In this document: positions 17,129 to 23,082 of the stretch, in pieces
Numbering within the stretch: the stretch's first letter is position 1
Layout of the letters: every line of letters starts with the position of its first letter
Source of the DNA: Vicinamibacterales bacterium
GTDB lineage: Bacteria; Acidobacteriota; Vicinamibacteria; Vicinamibacterales; UBA2999
Direction of reading: 5' to 3'
DNA: 57,392 bases
Assembly: GCA_035538015.1 (NCBI GenBank)
Contig: DATLLC010000279.1
Location: forward strand, 1-57,392
The notes under the pieces: generated by a model
Databases searched by the model: none
The model's input: the letters and a program-made list of their open reading frames with translations, nothing else
What the model was told of the DNA's origin: nothing
Position numbers and translations under genes: made by a program

Positions 17129-19348
17129 ATGCGACAGCGCCTGGTCCGCGCCCTCACCTGCCCCGCGCTCGTGTTCGCCACCGTCGCTCTCGCCCACGCA
17201 CAGGACCTCGCCCTGTCCTCACCCGATGCGCGACGAACACTGAAAGCCGTCGAAACCGCCGAGCCGCCGACGATTGACGGCGTGCTGGACGAACCGCTGT
17301 GGCAGCGGGCGGAGCCGGCCACCGGATTCGTCCAGGCCGATCCCCTCGAAGGCGAGCCCGCGACCGAGCAGACGGAGGTGCGCGTGGCGTTCGATCGCAA
17401 CTACCTCTACATCGCGGCGCGCTGCCTCGACTCCGATCCCTCGGGCGTGATCGTCAACGAGATTCGCAAGGACTTCGTGCCCCGCGAGCAGGATGCGTTC
17501 GAGGTGCTGCTCGACACGTTCCTCGACCGGCGGAACGGATTCGTCTTCTCCACCAACGCCGCTGGCGCGCGCGCGGACACGCAAATCGCCGACGAAGGGC
17601 GCGAGGTCAACACCAACTGGGATGCCGTCTGGTGGGTGGCAGGCGCCAGGACGGCGGAGGGATGGTCGGCGGAATTCAAGATTCCCTTCAAGACGCTGCG
17701 CTTCGAGGGCGGCCCCAACCGGTCGTGGGGCATCAACTTCGCGCGGCGTATCCGGCGCAAGAACGAAGTCACGTACTGGTCGCCCGTGTCCCGTGCGTTC
17801 TCCATCTACCGGGCCTCGTCCGAAGGCGACCTCACCGGCCTGCCGCCGCTCAATCCTGGCCGCAACATCCGCGTCAAACCGTACTTGCTCGAGGGCGCGA
17901 CGCGCGCGGTCGGCACCGACACCTTCGACAACGACGTGAGCGTTGGCGTGGATATGAAAGTGGGGGTTACCCCATCGATGGCACTCGACCTGACGGTGAA
18001 CCCCGACTTCGCGCAGGCCGAGGCGGACGAACAGCAGGTGAACCTCACCCAGTTCAGCCTGTTCTACCCGGAGAAGCGCGAGTTCTTTCTCGAGAACTCC
18101 GGCATCTTCTATTTCGGAGACATTCCCCGGAACTCACGCCAGGCCGCCCGGTTCCGTCCGCCCGAGGAGGACCTCCTGCTGTTCTTCAGCCGACGCATCG
18201 GCCTGACCGACAGCGGCGAGCCGCTGCCGCTCTACGGGGGCGTGCGGCTGACGGGCCGCGCCGGGCCCTACGGCCTCGGCCTGATGACCATGCAGGCCGA
18301 GCCATTCGCCGGTCGGCCGAGCGAGAACTACAGCGTCGTCAGGGTGCGGAGGGACGTGCTGGCCAACTCGGACGTCGGCGGCATCGTCGTGTCGCGAGAG
18401 CCCTCGGGCGCCGGGACCGACTTCAACCGGGTCGCCGGCGTGGATGCGAACTTCCGGTTCTACCGCTACTTCAACATCAATGGTTTCGCCGCCAAGTCGG
18501 AAACGCCCGGCGAGACACGTAACCAGGGTACCGCCAAGCTCGCTCTCGGCTGGGAGGACAGCCTGACGCGCTTGCAGGCGTCCGTGCTGCACATCGGCGA
18601 GGGCTTCCGCGACGATCTCGGCTTCGTGCGCCGCACCGGCGTCTTGCGCACGTTCTTCGACTGGGCGTGGATGCCGCAGCCGGAGTCGCTGCAGCGGAAG
18701 GGCATCCGCCAGTTGCAGCCGCACGCGCGCGTCTTCACCTATTACGACCCGTCGGGTGACGTCGCCTCGAGGCTGGGACACGCGGCGTTCCAGATCACCT
18801 GGAACAACGGATCCTGGTTCGAATATGCGTTCGAGCCGAGAACCGAGGCGATCACCACGCCCTTCAGGCTGCGACCCGACGTGGAGCCGATTCCGGTAGG
18901 CCGCTACGATTGGACGCAGCACCTGTTCGCGGTCGAGACCGATCACAGCCGCGCTTTTTCCGCCGCCGCCCGTGCCACGCTCGGGGAGTTCTGGAGCGGA
19001 GACCAGCGCACCGCGCAGATCAGCCTGCTCTATCGGCCCACGAGCCAGCTGATGTTCGATGCAGGAATCCAGGTGAGTGACATCTCGCTCCAGGTGCCGG
19101 TCGCAGCCTTCACCACAACGTTGGTCAACCTGCGATCCGGCTTCGCGTTCAACACCAACATGTTCCTCGACGCCCTGGTGCAATACCGCACCGACGTGAA
19201 GCAGTTCTCGGCCAACGTCAGGTTCAACCTGATTCACCACCCCTTGAGCGATCTGTTCGTCGTCTTCAACGGTCAGGACTATCCCGACCAGCGCGTGCTG
19301 GCGGGACGCAGCGTGGTCGTGAAGTACACCCACATGTTTGCGTTCTAG
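17129..19348 (+). CDS. Outer-membrane-type protein, CBM9-like N-domain + DUF5916-like beta-barrel
   Basis: I chose the start at MRQRLVRALTCPALVFATVALAHAQ, a signal peptide. The N-terminus EPPTIDGVLDEPLWQRAEP..FVQADPLEGEPATEQTEVRVAFDRNYLYIAARC matches my recollection of the CBM9-like/DUF5916 family. The C-terminus ..YTHMFAF ends in an aromatic residue, as in OM beta-barrels. Confidence 0.7.
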   Translation: MRQRLVRALTCPALVFATVALAHAQDLALSSPDARRTLKAVETAEPPTIDGVLDEPLWQRAEPATGFVQADPLEGEPATEQTEVRVAFDRNYLYIAARCLDSDPSGVIVNEIRKDFVPREQDAFEVLLDTFLDRRNGFVFSTNAAGARADTQIADEGREVNTNWDAVWWVAGARTAEGWSAEFKIPFKTLRFEGGPNRSWGINFARRIRRKNEVTYWSPVSRAFSIYRASSEGDLTGLPPLNPGRNIRVKPYLLEGATRAVGTDTFDNDVSVGVDMKVGVTPSMALDLTVNPDFAQAEADEQQVNLTQFSLFYPEKREFFLENSGIFYFGDIPRNSRQAARFRPPEEDLLLFFSRRIGLTDSGEPLPLYGGVRLTGRAGPYGLGLMTMQAEPFAGRPSENYSVVRVRRDVLANSDVGGIVVSREPSGAGTDFNRVAGVDANFRFYRYFNINGFAAKSETPGETRNQGTAKLALGWEDSLTRLQASVLHIGEGFRDDLGFVRRTGVLRTFFDWAWMPQPESLQRKGIRQLQPHARVFTYYDPSGDVASRLGHAAFQITWNNGSWFEYAFEPRTEAITTPFRLRPDVEPIPVGRYDWTQHLFAVETDHSRAFSAAARATLGEFWSGDQRTAQISLLYRPTSQLMFDAGIQVSDISLQVPVAAFTTTLVNLRSGFAFNTNMFLDALVQYRTDVKQFSANVRFNLIHHPLSDLFVVFNGQDYPDQRVLAGRSVVVKYTHMFAF

Positions 19349-19349
19349 G

Positions 19350-19375
19350 CATGACAGCTGCGCGGCGCCGTCATG
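19350..19375 (+). other. Hairpin 2 nt after the stop of 17129..19348 (possible terminator, no T-tract)
   Basis: CATGACAGC-(8 nt)-GCCGTCATG gives 8 of 9 positions paired. Confidence 0.3.
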
Positions 19376-19382
19376 GTCGTGC

Positions 19383-19412
19383 TTGACATGTGACCATTAG
19401 GTCACCTATCAT
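19383..19412 (+). promoter_or_regulatory. Sigma70-like promoter with a palindromic operator, for the fused ArsR-SRPBCC gene
   Basis: TTGACA (19383..19388), an 18-nt spacer, TATCAT (19407..19412). The spacer contains the perfect palindrome GTGACC-ATTA-GGTCAC (19390..19405). An in-frame GTG at 19420 lies 7 nt after the -10 box. Confidence 0.5.
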
Positions 19413-20196
19413 CGCGACCGTGGACGATGTGTTCAAGGCGCTCGCGGACCCGACGCGCCGGCAGCTCCTCGATGAACTGTTCAGGAATGACGGGCAGACG
19501 CTGAGCGCACTCGAGCAGCGCCTCCCGATGACCCGGTTCGGCGTGATGAAGCACCTGCGCGTGCTGGAGCACGCCGGGCTCGTCGTCACCAAACGGCGCG
19601 GACGCGAAAAGCTGCACTACCTGAACGCCGTGCCGATCCGCCTGGTCCACGACCGCTGGGTGAGCAAGTATGCAGAGCCATGGGCGGCGGCGCTGAGCGA
19701 CCTGAAAACCGGATTGGAGAAGACCATGGAGAAAGTGTTCGAGATTTACATCAAGACCACGCCGGAGCGGCTGTGGGCGGCGATCACCGACCCCGCGCAG
19801 CGCGCGAAGTACAACTTCGGGGCCTCGGTCACGAGTGACTGGAAGGTGGGATCCCGCTACACCATGGGCGCGCGCAACGGTACTGTGATCCTCGGCGAAG
19901 GAGAGATTCTCGAGGTCGATCCTCCTCGGCGGCTGGTGCAGACGATGCGCGCGTTGTGGGACGAGGCGGTCACCAGTGAAGGCACATCGCGCGTGACCTG
20001 GGAGATCAAGCCGGTCGGCGACTCGTGCTGCCTGACCGTGACCCACGATCAGCTCCGCGAGGGCGCCAACGATCAGCTGTACGGTGGCTGGCCGATGATC
20101 CTGTCCGGGTTGAAGACCTGGCTCGAGACCGGCGAGATGCTCACGACGCCGGGATCGCTGCTTTATCTCGAGCCGTCGCCAAGCTCCGCTTCATGA
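19390..20196 (+). CDS. ArsR-family HTH fused to an SRPBCC/AHSA1-like domain
   Basis: 268-aa ORF. HTH region: FKALADPTRRQLLDELFRNDGQTLSALEQRLPMTRFGVMKHLRVLEHAGLV. C-terminal half: FEIYIKTTPERLWAAITDP...VTWEIKPVGDSCCLTVTHD (SRPBCC). The real start is probably GTG 19420 if the promoter call is right. Confidence 0.8.
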   Translation: MTIRSPIIATVDDVFKALADPTRRQLLDELFRNDGQTLSALEQRLPMTRFGVMKHLRVLEHAGLVVTKRRGREKLHYLNAVPIRLVHDRWVSKYAEPWAAALSDLKTGLEKTMEKVFEIYIKTTPERLWAAITDPAQRAKYNFGASVTSDWKVGSRYTMGARNGTVILGEGEILEVDPPRRLVQTMRALWDEAVTSEGTSRVTWEIKPVGDSCCLTVTHDQLREGANDQLYGGWPMILSGLKTWLETGEMLTTPGSLLYLEPSPSSAS

Positions 20197-20635
20197 GAAC
20201 GTAAGGCGCAAGGGTGAAGCCGCACCGGTCGTAGACGCGCCGGGCCCTTGTGTTGACCTCGTGCGCGTACAGACGGAGATCGAGCGCCCCGTTGGCAGCC
20301 GCGGTCTGGGCGAGGTGGTCCAGCAGTTGGTCCACCAGCCCATCGCCGCGGTGCGACGGGTCGACGAACAGGCTCTGCACCCACCAATAGTGGCCTCCGT
20401 GGAAGTTACTCCACTCGGTCGTGACCGACGCGCTGGCGACGACCTCGCCATCTGGCGCCTCGACGACCCAGTAGCGGGCGAGGGCCGGATCCTGCAGCGC
20501 CAGGGCGACGCCGCGCCGGACACGGGACGGATCCAGAGACACGCGCTCCGCGTCCTGTGCTTCGTGCAACGTGAACCCCACGAGGACCTCGACGTCGTGC
20601 GGTGTCGCCGGTCGAATCCGATAGCCGGAGGTCAC
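20141..20635 (-). CDS. GNAT-family N-acetyltransferase
   Basis: 164 aa with a GTG start. The acetyl-CoA motif region is WVQSLFVDPSHRGDGLVDQLLDHL. The 3' end overlaps the convergent gene 19390..20196 by 56 nt. Confidence 0.8.
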   Translation of the reverse strand: MTSGYRIRPATPHDVEVLVGFTLHEAQDAERVSLDPSRVRRGVALALQDPALARYWVVEAPDGEVVASASVTTEWSNFHGGHYWWVQSLFVDPSHRGDGLVDQLLDHLAQTAAANGALDLRLYAHEVNTRARRVYDRCGFTLAPYVLMKRSLATARDKAAIPAS

Positions 20636-20823
20636 ACCAACACCTCGCCATGCCGCGATTCGCGATCGAAATCCACCATCATCTGCTGCACGTAGTCAGG
20701 CACGACCGCGCTGAGAAATCCATCGAGGCGGGCCAGCGCGGGGAAGGTCTTGGCGCGGAGGTGAGCGATGTCCGCCTCGGCGCGATCCGGCCGGGCAAGG
20801 CCACGCCAGTGTCTCGCAATCAT
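20632..20823 (-). CDS. Short ABM (antibiotic biosynthesis monooxygenase)-like fragment, possibly internally deleted
   Basis: MIARHWRGLARPDRAEADIAHLRAKTFPALARLDGFLSAVV..PDYVQQMMVDFDRESRHGEVLV. The N- and C-terminal segments resemble ABM-domain proteins as I remember them, but at 63 aa it lacks roughly 30-35 central residues. Its stop overlaps the GNAT start. Confidence 0.35.
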   Translation of the reverse strand: MIARHWRGLARPDRAEADIAHLRAKTFPALARLDGFLSAVVPDYVQQMMVDFDRESRHGEVLV

Positions 20824-20951
20824 GAGTTCGGCTCGACCGGCGAGAAGTCCGCGAACAGCTGGGCCGCCTCCGGGACCTGGGCAATCGGCACGTAGTCGCA
20901 GACCGTGGCGTACTGTTCCCACATCTTCACCGACGCATTCTACGCCGCGGG

Positions 20952-21665
20952 TCAGGCGCCTCGCTTCGCGCGAGCCGTAACCCGTCGTCGGACACCGGCA
21001 CTGCTCAGCTCACGCAACGCATCCTTTCCGACCCATGTCGCAGCCGCACTCCCGGACGCAGCCAGCCCCCCGGCAAGGTCCAGCGCAGCCGCGTGCAGGA
21101 CCGCATTCCGCTTGCCGGTCGCCCTGAGTGCCATGTTCACGGCCTTCTTGACGAAGTGCCTATCGTCATCGGCCGCCCGGCGAATCAGCTGGAGTCCCTC
21201 GAGGAACGGCGCGTCGCCGGCCTCCTTGTCGTGTACGGTCAGGCCCCAGAGGAGGGCGAATGCGGCGCGTTTCTCGTACTCCGCGTGGCGGCCGGCCCAG
21301 GCGGACACCTTGGCCCAGGCGTGCGGCGTGCGATCGAAAAGTGCGAAGCAGACCGTGTCGCACACGCCCCAATTGTCGAAGTCGCGGCACCATCGATCCA
21401 TCTGTGCCGCGGTCACCTGTCGTGGGTCGTCGACATACGCGGCCAGCAGGCGCGCTTCGTAGACGCCCGTCTTCCACAGACCAGCCGCCAGAGTATGGTC
21501 ACGGCCGATTTGCCGCGCCAGTGCCTGGATGTCCCTCATCGCGACGCCCAGCGCGCGATCCGAAATGATGGCGTAGCGCGCCATCGCGTCGAGCGTGGCC
21601 TTCCGCGCGTGACTCTTCAACCACCGCTGTGCTCCCGCGACATCCCATTGGTTCGCTCGACTCAT
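20952..21665 (-). CDS. DNA alkylation repair protein (AlkD-like HEAT-repeat family)
   Basis: The internal ATG at 21665 (MSRANQWDV..) gives 237 aa. The recognisable family core is YEARLLAAYVDDP...MDRWCRDFDNWGVCDTVCFALF...HAEYEKRAAFALL...DDRHFVKKAVNMALR. Confidence 0.8.
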   Translation of the reverse strand: MSRANQWDVAGAQRWLKSHARKATLDAMARYAIISDRALGVAMRDIQALARQIGRDHTLAAGLWKTGVYEARLLAAYVDDPRQVTAAQMDRWCRDFDNWGVCDTVCFALFDRTPHAWAKVSAWAGRHAEYEKRAAFALLWGLTVHDKEAGDAPFLEGLQLIRRAADDDRHFVKKAVNMALRATGKRNAVLHAAALDLAGGLAASGSAAATWVGKDALRELSSAGVRRRVTARAKRGA

Positions 21666-21700
21666 GGTGTGCACCACAGAACGAACGCCGTGCCAGGCCT

Positions 21701-22384
21701 TCAGGTGAGCGACCAGAAAGGGCCGTCGAGTCCGCAGCGGCGGAACATCTGCTGCGTCTGTTCCACTCCGGCCCGCCGCCACCCTCGCTCCATGCGCGTC
21801 CTGTACCAGTCGCGCCCGAGATCGTACAGCGCCTGCGGCGACACCGCGGCTCCCCGCGTCAAGCCCTGCGCCGAAAGATAGTCCTGAAGCTCGCCCTCCG
21901 ACCGGAAGGCGCAGATGTTGGCTCAGGTGAAGGCGATGTCATCCCAGAAGCGCGCGGCTGGCACGAGGAAATGCGCCACGCCATCGCCGTTCACCACCCC
22001 GTTGGTCACGTCGAAGACGATGGACGCGCCCGTCGCCGGTGAGTGCATGTCGAGCCGCCCCGTGCCGCCGAACAAGCTCACGATCGCCAGGCCATCCCAG
22101 ACGCAGTTCCCGAACCATTGCCGACCGCCGATGGTGACGAGGGTGTCGGTCGGGACTGCCGAAAAGGGATGGGCCATGCGCACCGACTCGCCGTCGGGCT
22201 GCAGGACCAGGGCGTGCTCCTCGCCGAGGCGACGGAGCGCCGCCCCGACCTCAGCGTCGCTCGCGCCAAGCATGGCCGCGAGCTCGGCGACCGAAGGACT
22301 CCAGCCCTTCTCGCGGAAGCCGTGGTAGACGGCCGCTCGGACGTCACGCTCGAACTCGGTCACGCGCGTGTGACGGTTTGCCAA
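21701..22384 (-). CDS. MerB-like (alkylmercury lyase family) protein with an in-frame TGA at 21925..21923: candidate selenoprotein, otherwise truncated
   Basis: The ORF track gives 21923..22384 (153 aa, TTG start). The core NCVWDGLAIVSLFGGTGRLDMHSPATGASIVFDV aligns without gaps to MerB [34 protein letters not shown] (from memory). The same frame continues after the TGA for 74 codons (ANICAFRSEGELQDYLSAQGLTRGAAVSPQALYDLGRDWYRTRMERGWRRAGVEQTQQMFRRCGLDGPFWSLT) to TGA 21703..21701. Confidence 0.55.
21892..21911 (-). promoter_or_regulatory. SECIS-like hairpin 11 nt downstream of the in-frame UGA
   Basis: The mRNA reads CGCCUUCC-GGUC-GGAGGGCG, an 8-bp stem (one G.U pair) with a GGUC tetraloop. The loop occupies +23..+26 counted from the U of UGA. 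As I recall it, the E. coli fdhF SECIS has its GGUC loop at +22..+25. Confidence 0.45.
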
Positions 22385-22411
22385 CCCGAGCCGGCCGCCT
22401 CGTTCGCTCTG

Positions 22412-22921
22412 TTACTTGACGACCACGCCGCACGCGATCCGGTCGCCGGCGTTGCCCGACGGGTCGGTCTTCATGTCGTCCGCCGCCGCGTGGACCACGA
22501 TGGCCGTGCCGCCGCCCGCGAATACGGAGTTGGCGTCGGCGCCCATACTGACGGTCTTGTTCGTGACCGATCCCTTGGCCATGCCATTGGCGGCGACCGT
22601 GAAGTTCGGCATGTCGCCGGCATGCGGCCCCTCGGGGTTCTGCGTGCCGTGCTTCTTGCCGGCGGGGTTGAAGTGCGGTCCGGCCGTGGCGAACGGCGGT
22701 TCGCACTTCGCCACCTGGTGGATGTGCAGGGCGTGCTCGCCGGGGGGCAATCCCTTGAAGTCGTAGGCCACGGTCACCCCCCCGCCGGAGGCCGGGGAGA
22801 GCATGACCATGCCGACTTCCTTGCCTTGTGCGTCCTTCAACGTGACGTGGGTCATCTGTGCGCTGAGGGTCAACGCGGAGGCAGCGAGGATGGTAACGAC
22901 GACCGTAACGGTTCGAGTCAT
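22412..22921 (-). CDS. sodC: Periplasmic Cu,Zn superoxide dismutase
   Basis: 169 aa with a signal peptide. Motifs present: HALHIHQVAKCE, GPHFNP, HAGDMPN, IVVHAAADD, GNAGDRIACGVV. AGGAG lies 4 nt upstream of the ATG. Confidence 0.9.
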   Translation of the reverse strand: MTRTVTVVVTILAASALTLSAQMTHVTLKDAQGKEVGMVMLSPASGGGVTVAYDFKGLPPGEHALHIHQVAKCEPPFATAGPHFNPAGKKHGTQNPEGPHAGDMPNFTVAANGMAKGSVTNKTVSMGADANSVFAGGGTAIVVHAAADDMKTDPSGNAGDRIACGVVVK

Positions 22922-23082
22922 GGCGCTCCTGTGGGTGAAAGGTGAGACAAGAGTAATCCGTGTCGCGCGACCGTCTCAAGCCCGGCACTCGACCGGCTCG
23001 TCCGGCCGGCCGTGGCTCGGCCCGGCGTTTAGGGACTGCAAGGAATCCTGCGCGCTCCGTTCTAGGGAGCGGAGGACGTCAG

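Noticed and set aside
20141-20196. A 56-nt convergent overlap of the ArsR-SRPBCC fusion and GNAT genes, considered as an antisense-regulation signal
   Set aside because: The overlap depends on two uncertain C-terminal tails (..LYLEPSPSSAS and ..ATARDKAAIPAS) that are not part of the conserved domains. Nothing beyond ORF geometry supports it.
21923-21925. Treating the TGA as an ordinary stop, giving a 153-aa MerB-like protein
   Set aside because: This is not fully rejected, only considered less likely. It would remove the region homologous to the MerB C-terminal third, including the Cys159 equivalent. It would leave 257 nt of protein-like open frame unexplained, and it ignores the SECIS-like hairpin. 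A nonsense mutation (pseudogene) or a sequencing error remain real alternatives.
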